40,787 nucleotides of DNA from Tissierellia bacterium (GTDB lineage Bacteria > Bacillota > Clostridia > Tissierellales > Sedimentibacteraceae). Location of the stretch: contig JAQVRY010000002.1 of NCBI GenBank assembly GCA_028700795.1, forward strand, positions 1-40,787. The letters are read 5' to 3'. Each line of letters begins with the position of its first letter. Within the stretch, counting starts at the first letter, position 1. Below, piece after piece: positions 8,504-17,719 of this stretch. The notes beneath the pieces are model-generated. The model was not told the DNA's origin. It saw nothing but the letters and a program-made list of their open reading frames with translations, and made no database searches. Made by a program: the position numbers and the translations under genes.

Positions 8504-10459
8504 CTTGCTTAGTTTGGGTGACCCGTCTATTTTTCTGTATAAAGTTGGGCGGCTTATACCTAAACGTTTAGCAGTATTTGTTAAATTCCAATTTTCTTGA
8601 TTTAATACATATTCTATAATTATTTCTTCGCCTGTTTTCAATAAATCTTTATTTTGTTTTGTTTCAACAACATGTGCAGATATTTTATTTTTAAGACTTT
8701 TATATTTATATGCACTTAATACTTCACGAGGAAGGCTGTCAATTGAAAGGGTTTCTTTTTCATTCAACAATACTGCTTTTTCTATTGCATTTCTTAATTC
8801 ACGGACATTCCCTCTCCAGTAATAATATTTCAAAGCTTCATAAAACTCAGGGTCTACCTTCACTTCCGGAGTGCTTGAATGTTTTACATTATAATCTATA
8901 AAACTTTTTGCAAGCAAAGGGATATCATCTTTTCTGTCTCTTAGCGGAGGTATGGATAAACTGATTATATTAATACGGAAATATAAATCTTCTCTAAATT
9001 GACCGAGCTCAATTTCCTGCAATAAATCTTTTTTTGTTGCAGCGATTATCTTGATATTTATAGGGATTTCTTTTATTCCTCCGATTCGAGTAATTCTATT
9101 GGATGACAGTGCTCTTAACAGCTTTATTTGAACGTTTAAAGGCATACTGTCTATTTCATCAAAAAAGAATGTACCACCGGATGCAATTTCTAATTTGCCG
9201 AATTTTATGCTGTTTAAGGCTCCTGTAAATGACCCCGGCTCGTAACCGAATAATTCGCTTTCAATTAATTCTGAAGGGATAGCACCGCAGTTAATTGCCA
9301 CAAAAGGTTTGTTTTTTCTAAAGCTTTCGTTATGTATTGATTGAGCAAACAATTCTTTGCCTGTACCGCTTTCACCACATATTAAAATTGCTGAAGAAGT
9401 TCGAGCGGCTTTTTTTGCTAATTCCTTTACTCGTACTATATTTTTGCAATTCCCTATTATATCATCGAAAGTATATATAGCACTGTTTTTAATATTAAAT
9501 TGCAAGTACTTGTTTGTACTATCAAATTTAAAAAGGCGGCATACTTCCTTATTTTCATTGATGATAAATTGTTTAACGGATACTAAAAATGATTTTTTTT
9601 CATTATTTATTTTTAAAATTAATTCAGTATTTTCCATTTCATCGCCCTGAATGTGTTTTTCAACCTGTCTTAATGCCATTCTAATGCATTTATCCACATT
9701 CTCATTATCTTTAGAGCTTATTTCGAACATATTGAGAAGTGATTTATTATAGCTGATAATTTTATTACTGACTAAATAAATAATTCCCGAGCTGTCATAT
9801 TCAATAATATTTTTTAAAGTATTATTTGATACGGTCAGCTGTGTTAACATATTGTCGATTTGAATTTTATCTTCAATTATTTTTGCTATTGATTGAGCAA
9901 GGCCTAACGTTCCTATAGTATGCTTATGGTCAATAATGCCGCCTATATTAATAGCACCTACTATTTTTTTATTAAATCCATGTATGGGTGCTGCCGAGCA
10001 ATTGTATTGATGTAACAATTTATTATAGTGCTCTTTACCAAATACTTGAATAGGTATATCGTATTGTAATGCTAAACAAATAGAGTTTGTACCAATACTT
10101 TCTTCCGAGCAGTTTGTAGTTATTAAATCAATTTTTTCCGAAACTGCCAATACTGATACTAAATTACACTTATTATCAAAAAGAATAAAAGATAAGTTGA
10201 ATTCATCCGCAATTTTTTGCAGAATAGCTCTAAATTCTTCATCAACAAACTTATTACATACTGAGTAAGAATCTAAATCCTTTTTTTTAAGATAATATTT
10301 TTCATCTAGTGCATAAGGATTAACATTTGCTAAAGCACTACGGTGCCAAGATTTAGAAACCACAGGGGAGACAACGTTTTCATCAACAGCTAAACTGTTT
10401 GTCATTTTTCTCCACTCCAAGCCTACAGCTTCCATATCTGTTTCTTTTGATTTATCCAT
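8471..10459 (-). CDS. sigma54-dependent transcriptional activator (AcoR-like: GAF, PAS-like, AAA+, Fis HTH)
   Basis: SWxRS, IGTN, SAAPI (GAF), GESGTGKE, ESELFG, GSFTGA, FREDLYFR, GNVREL and LGISRPTLYRK. Start moved to ATG 10459 because the annotated TTG is part of the GGAGG RBS. Confidence 0.93.
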   Translation of the reverse strand: MDKSKETDMEAVGLEWRKMTNSLAVDENVVSPVVSKSWHRSALANVNPYALDEKYYLKKKDLDSYSVCNKFVDEEFRAILQKIADEFNLSFILFDNKCNLVSVLAVSEKIDLITTNCSEESIGTNSICLALQYDIPIQVFGKEHYNKLLHQYNCSAAPIHGFNKKIVGAINIGGIIDHKHTIGTLGLAQSIAKIIEDKIQIDNMLTQLTVSNNTLKNIIEYDSSGIIYLVSNKIISYNKSLLNMFEISSKDNENVDKCIRMALRQVEKHIQGDEMENTELILKINNEKKSFLVSVKQFIINENKEVCRLFKFDSTNKYLQFNIKNSAIYTFDDIIGNCKNIVRVKELAKKAARTSSAILICGESGTGKELFAQSIHNESFRKNKPFVAINCGAIPSELIESELFGYEPGSFTGALNSIKFGKLEIASGGTFFFDEIDSMPLNVQIKLLRALSSNRITRIGGIKEIPINIKIIAATKKDLLQEIELGQFREDLYFRINIISLSIPPLRDRKDDIPLLAKSFIDYNVKHSSTPEVKVDPEFYEALKYYYWRGNVRELRNAIEKAVLLNEKETLSIDSLPREVLSAYKYKSLKNKISAHVVETKQNKDLLKTGEEIIIEYVLNQENWNLTNTAKRLGISRPTLYRKIDGSPKLSKRKKMLQQEVS

Positions 10460-10478
10460 CTTTTCCTCCAAGAATAAC

Positions 10479-10503
10479 GGGACAGCTGTGCATATTCTGT
10501 CCC
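10479..10503. repeat. GGGACAG...CTGTCCC palindrome (REP-like)
   Basis: 7-bp perfect arms; closely resembles the copy at 29554-29581. Confidence 0.5.
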
Positions 10504-10641
10504 TTCTCTCAATTGACTGATGTAATGTATTCCCATAAACAATACTATCATAAATTTAATTAATTATCAAGACCCCCGCTTCTATAACTTCTATAAGTTG
10601 TAGTTCCTTTTCGGCTTCAGGCAGGTCATAATCCAAACTTA

Positions 10642-11622
10642 TTATTTGGAGACTGCAATTACTAATTTTATGCATTCTTCCACATCGGATTTGTTAAATA
10701 TTTCACCTGATGTATGAAGGTTTCTTGTAGGTATGGATATTACTCCGCTCGGTACTCCTTCTCTTGAAGTATGTATAGGTCCTGCATCCGTTCCGCCGAA
10801 TTCCAAAATTTCATATTGATATTTAATGTTGTTTTTTTCTGCAGTATTTGTTAATAACTCTTTTACATCTGTATGTGTAATAATGGATTTGTCCATTAGT
10901 TTAATTGCTGCTCCACCGCCTAATTTGACATCCATTTTAATTCCGTCAGGTGTGTCGCCCGTTGCAGTTACGTCAACGGCGATTGCTAAATCCGGCTCAA
11001 TTGTGTACCCGGCTGTTTTAGCACCTCTACATCCCACTTCTTCTTGTACTGAAAACACATAGTATATATCATTATCAGTTTTAGGATGATTTTTAAGCGC
11101 TTCAATTAAGATATAGCAGCCAATCCTGTCATCTGCAGCTTTGCATATTACACAGTCCTCTGTTTCGTAATATTCAGTTTTAAATACACACATATCGCCT
11201 ATATGGAAATTATTTCTAATGAATTCTTCATCAGTGGAAGCAACATCCAAAAATAATTTACTTGTTAATAGCGTTTCCTTATCTTTTAATTCCTCTTGGC
11301 AAATTACTCCTTCTAATCCATTTAAAAATACCATTCGGAGTCCCAACAATTCCTTGGCATTTAATCCTCCTACATTAGCAAAGCGTAAAAAACCTTTCTT
11401 ATCAACATGGGTTATAATTAAGCCAATTTGGTCCATGTGAGCAGAAAATAATATTTTTTTGCCTGCTCCTTTTTTTCTTGCTATAAGATTACCAAGAGGG
11501 TCTATTGTTATTTCATCTGCAAAATCTTTTATTTCATCCATAATCATTTCACAAATCTTTTTTTCTCTTCCTGAAGGACTGAAACAATCGGATAATTTTT
11601 TCATTAATTCACTGTTAAACAT
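10642..11622 (-). CDS. M42 family metallo-aminopeptidase
   Basis: AHMD, DDR, QEEVG, VD and terminal H metal ligands. Confidence 0.9.
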   Translation of the reverse strand: MFNSELMKKLSDCFSPSGREKKICEMIMDEIKDFADEITIDPLGNLIARKKGAGKKILFSAHMDQIGLIITHVDKKGFLRFANVGGLNAKELLGLRMVFLNGLEGVICQEELKDKETLLTSKLFLDVASTDEEFIRNNFHIGDMCVFKTEYYETEDCVICKAADDRIGCYILIEALKNHPKTDNDIYYVFSVQEEVGCRGAKTAGYTIEPDLAIAVDVTATGDTPDGIKMDVKLGGGAAIKLMDKSIITHTDVKELLTNTAEKNNIKYQYEILEFGGTDAGPIHTSREGVPSGVISIPTRNLHTSGEIFNKSDVEECIKLVIAVSK

Positions 11623-11624
11623 TG

Positions 11625-12638
11625 CTACTCCCCTTTCTGATTTTCAATAATCACTTGTTTTGTAAGTTTTAAAGCACTATCTATGTCATTTTTGCTTGCC
11701 ACGCTTATTGATGAATGTATATATCTGCAAGGTACTGAAATCGCCACTACCTTGGCGCCTCTTTTCGTTTTATGGATAACACCGGCATCATTTCCTCCTG
11801 ATGTTGAGCGTCTGTATTGATAAGTAATATTATTGTCTTCAGCAATTTTTGCAGCACTTCTTACTGTTTCAATATCGTATATCGTTGCATTGTCCATCAA
11901 TGACAGTACTGCTCCCTTCCCGATAAAGGTGGAGCTTTCATGTTCATCTACTTCAGGCATATCTGCACATACGGTTCCTTCCAATACTATGCCTAGGTCC
12001 GGCTCTAATTGATATGCTGCTGTTTCTGCTCCTCTTAAGCCGACTTCCTCCATAACAGTAAACACACCGTAAAAATCTGCATCCAAATTTTGGCTTAGAA
12101 GCTCTAATATAATGCTGCAGCCTGCTCTGTTGTCCAAAGCTTTTGCTTTAATCATATTGTTGCCGAATTCAACATAGTCACTTTTAAAAGCTGCATAGTC
12201 CCCTATATTTACTACTTTTTCTGTTTCTTCTTTTGTACTTGTACCAATATCAATATATAATTTATCAATGGGAAGTGAGCTTCCTCTTTCTTCTTCACTC
12301 ATTAAATGCACTGCTTTAGAGCCGATAACGCCAGGAATTTTATTTTCTCCTATTACTACAACCTTTGAATTCAAAACTCTCTGGTCAATTCCTCCAACTG
12401 CTTTAAATTTAATAAAACCGTCAGAATCAATATTAGAAACTATCAATCCTACTTCATCCATGTGAGCAGAAAGCATTATGTTTTTATTTTTTTTGCCTTT
12501 ATTGTGAGCTATAATGTTTCCAAGTTTATCAACATAGAATTCGCAGCCCATTTCTGATAGTTTGCCCTTTATATAATTTCTTACTTCATATTCACAACCT
12601 GATACGCCGGAAAGTTCAGTTAATTCATTTAAAAACAT
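11625..12638 (-). CDS. M42 family metallo-aminopeptidase
   Basis: AHMDEVG, KALDNRAG, MEEVG, LEGT and RYIHS. Confidence 0.9.
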   Translation of the reverse strand: MFLNELTELSGVSGCEYEVRNYIKGKLSEMGCEFYVDKLGNIIAHNKGKKNKNIMLSAHMDEVGLIVSNIDSDGFIKFKAVGGIDQRVLNSKVVVIGENKIPGVIGSKAVHLMSEEERGSSLPIDKLYIDIGTSTKEETEKVVNIGDYAAFKSDYVEFGNNMIKAKALDNRAGCSIILELLSQNLDADFYGVFTVMEEVGLRGAETAAYQLEPDLGIVLEGTVCADMPEVDEHESSTFIGKGAVLSLMDNATIYDIETVRSAAKIAEDNNITYQYRRSTSGGNDAGVIHKTKRGAKVVAISVPCRYIHSSISVASKNDIDSALKLTKQVIIENQKGE

Positions 12639-13669
12639 AATATTTCCTCCAAATCAGAATTATCCAATTCATTTATAAACCTTGCTAATGCTTTTCCTGC
12701 AATTTCTAAATCATTTATATCTATGGTTTCCACTGATGTATGCATGTATCTAAGCGGTATCGACAATAGTATGCAGGGAATTCCGTCTCTTGATACTTGC
12801 ACTGCATCTGTGTCTGTGCCGGTTCTTGCAGGCACTGCTTCATGCTGCATTGGATAATTGTATTTTTTGCAGATTTCAACAAATTTCTTTGTAAGTTTTG
12901 TATTTAGTCTTCCTCCGTATGCAACGATGGGACCTTTGCCTAATTGAGGTGAATCAGCAGGCATATCAGGAGTTTTGCCAAATCCAACATCTAAAACTAT
13001 TCCGATATCCGGAGCAATTTTATAACTGCTTGTTTTGGCACCCCTTAAACCTGTTTCTTCCTGAGCTGTCGCAGTAAAATACACATTGCTTTTATGTGAT
13101 ATTTTCTTTAATTCTTTTGCTGCTTCAAGCATAACTGCAATACATGCTCTGTCGTCAAATGCTTTTGCACTTATAATGCTTCCCTGCAATGATAAAGGCT
13201 TTCTATTTACAGTGGCAATATCTCCGATTTTTACTAGTTTTTCAAGTTCTTCTTTTGTATATCCTGTATCTATATATAGCTCCTTTATTTTAAGAGGTTT
13301 TTTTCTTTCTTCTTCACTTGTTAAATGAGGCGGTTTAATTCCTATAACTCCAAATATATTTTCTTTTCCATATACTGTTACATCCTGAGCAACCAAGGAT
13401 GAAGAATTAAATCCACCAACTGTAGAGAAGCTTAAAAAGCCTCCCTCCAATATACTTGTAACCATAAGCCCTATTTCATCAATGTGTGCTGCAAGCATTA
13501 TTTTAGTATCATTGCTGCCGGCTCTTTTAAAGATATAACTTCCAAGCCTGTCCATTTCAAATGAATCTGTGTATGGCTTAAAATATTTTTTCAAAATATC
13601 ACCGTTAATATGCTCGAAACCTGAAACAAAATGGTTGGAGCATATATCAAACAAAAATTCTTTAAGCAT
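12629..13669 (-). CDS. M42 family metallo-aminopeptidase
   Basis: AHIDEIG, KAFDDRA, QEETG, LDV and RYMHT. Confidence 0.9.
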   Translation of the reverse strand: MLKEFLFDICSNHFVSGFEHINGDILKKYFKPYTDSFEMDRLGSYIFKRAGSNDTKIMLAAHIDEIGLMVTSILEGGFLSFSTVGGFNSSSLVAQDVTVYGKENIFGVIGIKPPHLTSEEERKKPLKIKELYIDTGYTKEELEKLVKIGDIATVNRKPLSLQGSIISAKAFDDRACIAVMLEAAKELKKISHKSNVYFTATAQEETGLRGAKTSSYKIAPDIGIVLDVGFGKTPDMPADSPQLGKGPIVAYGGRLNTKLTKKFVEICKKYNYPMQHEAVPARTGTDTDAVQVSRDGIPCILLSIPLRYMHTSVETIDINDLEIAGKALARFINELDNSDLEEILCF

Positions 13670-13685
13670 TTTTCCTCCTAATATT

Positions 13686-13719
13686 CAAAATAAAATGTTA
13701 GATCTTGCGACCTAACATT
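13686..13719 (-). terminator. Intrinsic terminator after ispH-rpsA
   Basis: Minus strand aatgttaggtc-GCAA-gatctaacatt followed by ttatttt. Confidence 0.75.
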
Positions 13720-13724
13720 AGAAA

Positions 13725-16274
13725 TTACTTTAATAAATCATCCAGTGCATCTCCTATAGATTCTCCTATAGTAAAGTTTGTATCTTCCTGTTGATAAGAT
13801 GTACTATCCGTAGTTTCTTCACCTTTGTCATCTAATATTAATGTCAGGTTAAGGTTTTTACCTTTCATATCTATGTTTTGAACTTTAGCTTCTTTTATTT
13901 CTCCAACCTTAACAACTTGTGCCGGCGTTCTTAATTTTTCTGTTGACACCTTTGCAATTGGGATGAAGCAGTCAATGTTTCCATTAGCGTCTACATGTAT
14001 GCCATCAAGCAGTATACGTGTTACTTCAACCTGTATTATATCGTCCTTATTGAGTGTTTTAGCATAAACATCAAATGGATGATCAGTCAATTGCTTTAAT
14101 CCAAGGCCTACCTTTCTGTCTTTTCTTGTAATGCTCAATATTTTTGCCGTTACTTCCTGACCTTCTTGAAGAACATCGGTAACTTTTTCTGTTCTTGCCC
14201 AGTCTAAATCTTTAATGTGTAAAAGACATTCAATCTCATCTACTTTAACGAAGGCTCCAAAGTCAACAATCCTTGTTACCAGACCTGTTACTGTATCGCC
14301 CTTTTGATATTTATCCAGGAATTTTGCCCAAGGGCTTTTTACAGTTGCTTTATAGCTTAAGGAAAGTCTTCTATTTTCCTTGTCTACATTTTTAACCTTT
14401 ACATTTATTTTGTCGCCCGGTTTTAATACTTCTGACGGGTGTTTAATCCTGGTCCATGCAATTTCATTGATATGAAGAAGTCCGTCTATGCCGTTGATTT
14501 CTACAAATGCACCGTAATCCTGAAGATTTTTTACAGTACCTTCGTAAATTTCACCTACTTGTATTTCTTCCCATACTTCCTTGTCTCTTACTTCCTTTTC
14601 CAGTTTTTCAACAGCTCTCGAAGTTAAAACCAACTGTCTTCTTCCTTTTTTGTTCTTTGTTTCTAATATTTTAACCTTCAGGTTTTTGCCTACATATTCT
14701 GAAGGGTCAACATCTCTTTTAATTGATATTTGATTTCTTGGAATGAAACCTTTAATGCCTTTTAGTTTTCCGTAAATTCCATATTGTGATGCTTCAATTA
14801 TAGGAATTTCCAGAATTTCTCCTTGAACTCTGAGGTGTTCCAGCTCATCCCAGATTTTCTGTTCTTCCAATGGTTTTCTTGTAAGAACAACATTTCCGTC
14901 TTGGTCAGAAATTCTTACTACAATTGCTTCAATTTCGTCTCCTTCTTTTACTATTTCAGTTAAATCGGAAACTTCTGTCAAGGAAAATTCGTCTCTTGTT
15001 ATAATGCCGTCAGATTTATAATTAATGTTAACAGAAACGGCATCAGGGCTTACATATATTATTTTTCCTTTAACCTTTTCACCGATTCTGATATAAACTA
15101 CTCCGCCATAATTTTCAAGCAATTCATGCATAGTGTTTACTTTTTCTGCTTGTTCAGTCTGTTCAACTTGTTCAGTCTGTTCAACTTGTTCAGTCTGTTC
15201 TGCAGGTTCTGTTTGCTCTGCAGGTTCAGGCTGCTCTGCAGGTTCTGTTTGCTCTGCAGGTTCTGACTGCTCTGCAAGTTCAGTCTGCTCTACGGGTTCT
15301 GACTGCTCTGCTTGTTCTGCTTGTTCTGTTTGTTCTGTTTGCTCAGTCAGTTCTGCTTGTTCAGACTGTTCAGTTTGCTCAGACTGTTCAACTAATTCTA
15401 CATGTTCTGCCTGTTCGTTCTTTTCATTCATGTTGTTATTTAAATTTTCCAACATATTAATAACCTCCTCAATTATCCAGTCAGGAGCTGAAGCACCTGC
15501 GGATACTCCCACAATAGTATTTTTATCAATATAGTTATAAGGTATTTCCTTATAATTTTGTATTAAGAATGTGTTTTTACACAATTCCTTGCTCAGTTCA
15601 TATAACTTTTTGGTATTTGAACTATTTTTCCCACCTACAATAAGCATTACTGTACATTTTGAAGCAAGTTCTACACAAGCCTCTTGTCTTTTCCTTGTTG
15701 CTTCACATATTGTATTATGTACAATTATATTAGAATAATTGTTTATTTCAATAGTTTTTAAAATTTCTTTAAAAATATTCAAATTAAAAGTTGTCTGGCA
15801 GACTAAGCAGTAATTCTTTGACGGCTCAATTATATTTATTAGTTCTTCAGGACTTTTAATTATGTCCGCTTCGTTGTTGCACCAGCCTGCTATTCCCTGT
15901 ACCTCAGGATGATTCTCATCACCAACAATGATTATATTGTAACCCTTATTTTTGAATTCTTCAACTATTTTATGTATTTTTTTTACTTTTACACAAGTTG
16001 CATCAATAACTTTGATGTTTTTTTCTTCCAATATGTCATATATATGTTTTCCAACACCATGACTCCTGATAAGAAGCTTTGCATCGTTGTCCTCAGGCAG
16101 GTTTTCAACTATTACCATACCTTTATCTTTTAATTTTTCAACAACATCTTTGTTATGAATTATTTCTCCATAGCTGTAGAGTTTTTTTTCGGCAGTTAAA
16201 ATCTTATCTGCTTTTAGAACGGCAGCCTTGACACCTCCACAAAAACCGTTATACTCTGAAACAATTATTTTCAT
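13725..16274 (-). CDS. ispH: Bifunctional 4-hydroxy-3-methylbut-2-enyl diphosphate reductase / ribosomal protein S1
   Basis: IspH cluster cysteines GFCGGV, DATC, TICEAT plus SSNT and AGASAP; C-terminal S1 repeats (YGAFVEI, FGAFVKV). Confidence 0.93.
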   Translation of the reverse strand: MKIIVSEYNGFCGGVKAAVLKADKILTAEKKLYSYGEIIHNKDVVEKLKDKGMVIVENLPEDNDAKLLIRSHGVGKHIYDILEEKNIKVIDATCVKVKKIHKIVEEFKNKGYNIIIVGDENHPEVQGIAGWCNNEADIIKSPEELINIIEPSKNYCLVCQTTFNLNIFKEILKTIEINNYSNIIVHNTICEATRKRQEACVELASKCTVMLIVGGKNSSNTKKLYELSKELCKNTFLIQNYKEIPYNYIDKNTIVGVSAGASAPDWIIEEVINMLENLNNNMNEKNEQAEHVELVEQSEQTEQSEQAELTEQTEQTEQAEQAEQSEPVEQTELAEQSEPAEQTEPAEQPEPAEQTEPAEQTEQVEQTEQVEQTEQAEKVNTMHELLENYGGVVYIRIGEKVKGKIIYVSPDAVSVNINYKSDGIITRDEFSLTEVSDLTEIVKEGDEIEAIVVRISDQDGNVVLTRKPLEEQKIWDELEHLRVQGEILEIPIIEASQYGIYGKLKGIKGFIPRNQISIKRDVDPSEYVGKNLKVKILETKNKKGRRQLVLTSRAVEKLEKEVRDKEVWEEIQVGEIYEGTVKNLQDYGAFVEINGIDGLLHINEIAWTRIKHPSEVLKPGDKINVKVKNVDKENRRLSLSYKATVKSPWAKFLDKYQKGDTVTGLVTRIVDFGAFVKVDEIECLLHIKDLDWARTEKVTDVLQEGQEVTAKILSITRKDRKVGLGLKQLTDHPFDVYAKTLNKDDIIQVEVTRILLDGIHVDANGNIDCFIPIAKVSTEKLRTPAQVVKVGEIKEAKVQNIDMKGKNLNLTLILDDKGEETTDSTSYQQEDTNFTIGESIGDALDDLLK
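15138..15416 (-). repeat. In-frame tandem repeat of 31 x 9 bp encoding (E-Q/P/L-x)n
   Basis: EQAEHVELVEQSEQT...EQVEQTEQAEKV with Glu at every third residue; 18-bp higher-order units are visible. Confidence 0.95.
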
Positions 16275-16867
16275 TGCATTCCTTCATTCTTAATATTATA
16301 AATATCCTTTAAAATCTCTATTCCTATTTCAGTATACTTTTCAGAATTCAACCTGCCGCTGTAATTTTCAAAGTAATCTTTTTCTTTTCCTATATACAGT
16401 TTAAGTTTTCCCCTGAATTTATAGGTTCCTTCCATATATACAGGCATTATATTAACCTTTGCTTTATTAGCTATTAACGCAATTCCCGATTTTGCATTTT
16501 TTTCATCAAATCCTGTCTTAATTCTTGTTCCTTCAGGATATATTCCTAATATACCGCCGTTATTCAAAATATTAAGAGAGTTTTTAATTGACGATAAGGA
16601 AACTCCTTTCCTGTCGACGGGAAATGCACCAAGATTTCTGAAAATAAAAGATAAAAATTTGTTTTCAAACAATTCTTTCTTGCCCATGAAGTAAATTTGC
16701 CGCTTTGTTGATATGGCTAAAATTACAGGGTCAATCATAGATCTGTGATTTCCGCAAATTATTAAGCCACCTTCTATATTATCAAGGTTCTCTTTATTAT
16801 ACACCTTTAAATCAAAAATAACAAATACCAGAACCTTCAATATAATTAACGCTATTTTATAAAACAT
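16271..16867 (-). CDS. plsC: 1-acyl-sn-glycerol-3-phosphate acyltransferase
   Basis: NHxxxxD, FPVDR and YPEGTR. Start moved to MFYK (GGAGG RBS). Confidence 0.9.
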   Translation of the reverse strand: MFYKIALIILKVLVFVIFDLKVYNKENLDNIEGGLIICGNHRSMIDPVILAISTKRQIYFMGKKELFENKFLSFIFRNLGAFPVDRKGVSLSSIKNSLNILNNGGILGIYPEGTRIKTGFDEKNAKSGIALIANKAKVNIMPVYMEGTYKFRGKLKLYIGKEKDYFENYSGRLNSEKYTEIGIEILKDIYNIKNEGMQ

Positions 16868-17507
16868 TGCTTCCTCCGATATATTGTGCAATAGTCTTTG
16901 TAACTTTAATCAAGTCCATTTTTGTAGTGTCAATCAATATTGCATCCTCTGCCGGTTTCAGTGGAGAAAACCTCCTAGTTGAATCATTTTCGTCACGTTT
17001 CTTCATATCATTGAAAACAATTGCGTAGTCAACTTTTATATTGTTTATTTTCAACTGTTCGTAACGTCTTCTTGCCCTCTCTTCCAATGATGCGGTTATA
17101 AAAAACTTATATTCTGCATCCGGAAATACTGTTGTACCAATATCACGACCTTCTAATACCGCATTTTTATTTTCTGCAGTTTTACGTTGAATTTCAACCA
17201 TTTTTTCTCTGACAACTTTTAAGGCGGATATTTTTGAAGCTGCTATAGATATAGCTTCTTCTCTAATTACATTTTCAACATTTTCTCCATCTAAAAATAT
17301 TTTATTGTCATAGTAGGTAATATTGGTCGTTTTTAACATTTCTGTAATTTCAACTTCATTTATGTCGATATTTTGTATATATGCTTTATATGCAAGAGCC
17401 CTGTACATAGCCCCTGTATCGATGTACTCAAATCCAATTTCTTTGCTTAATAGTCTTGCAACAGTGCTTTTCCCCGCTCCTGATGGTCCGTCTATTGCGA
17501 TTATCAT
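16857..17507 (-). CDS. cmk: Cytidylate kinase
   Basis: IAIDGPSGAGKST, DTGAMYRA and EGRDIGTTVFP. Confidence 0.96.
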   Translation of the reverse strand: MIIAIDGPSGAGKSTVARLLSKEIGFEYIDTGAMYRALAYKAYIQNIDINEVEITEMLKTTNITYYDNKIFLDGENVENVIREEAISIAASKISALKVVREKMVEIQRKTAENKNAVLEGRDIGTTVFPDAEYKFFITASLEERARRRYEQLKINNIKVDYAIVFNDMKKRDENDSTRRFSPLKPAEDAILIDTTKMDLIKVTKTIAQYIGGSNVL

Positions 17508-17580
17508 ATTGTTATCCTTTCATAGTTGTATATATGAATGAAGAAACCAGACGTCCCACATGTGGCTCCAACACCTTAAC

Positions 17581-17609
17581 ATTATAGTACATATTGTAAA
17601 ATATAACAA
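17581..17609 (-). promoter_or_regulatory. sigmaA-type promoter of cmk-plsC-ispH/rpsA
   Basis: TTGTTA-N17-TATAAT on the minus strand. Confidence 0.6.
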
Positions 17610-17634
17610 CAAATTTTTTTTATGGCACAGCTAA

Positions 17635-17668
17635 CAAAAAAGAGATATCTTTTACTTAAGATATCCCT
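17635..17668 (-). terminator. Intrinsic terminator after the rpiR-family gene
   Basis: agggatatctt/aagatatctct stem followed by a T-run on the minus strand. Confidence 0.7.
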
Positions 17669-17691
17669 AAATGATTTCTTTGCAAGTACGG

Positions 17692-17716
17692 GGGGGACTT
17701 TGAAGGTTTGTCCCCC
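17692..17716. repeat. GGGGGAC...GTCCCCC palindrome (REP-like)
   Basis: 7-bp perfect arms immediately after the rpiR stop codon. Confidence 0.45.
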
Positions 17717-17719
17717 ATC

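Noticed and set aside
15138-15416. Possible CRISPR array
   Set aside because: Contiguous 9-bp coding units with no unique spacers and no cas genes.
15133-15534. Cys/Ser-rich 133-aa plus-strand ORF resembling a metallothionein or RiPP precursor
   Set aside because: It is the antisense reading of the EQx repeat in ispH-rpsA. The periodic Cys comes from the complement of the repeat, and there is no RBS or maturase nearby.
17623-17640. Second sigma54 promoter (TGGCAC)
   Set aside because: No TTGC at the -12 position and it points toward no plus-strand gene.
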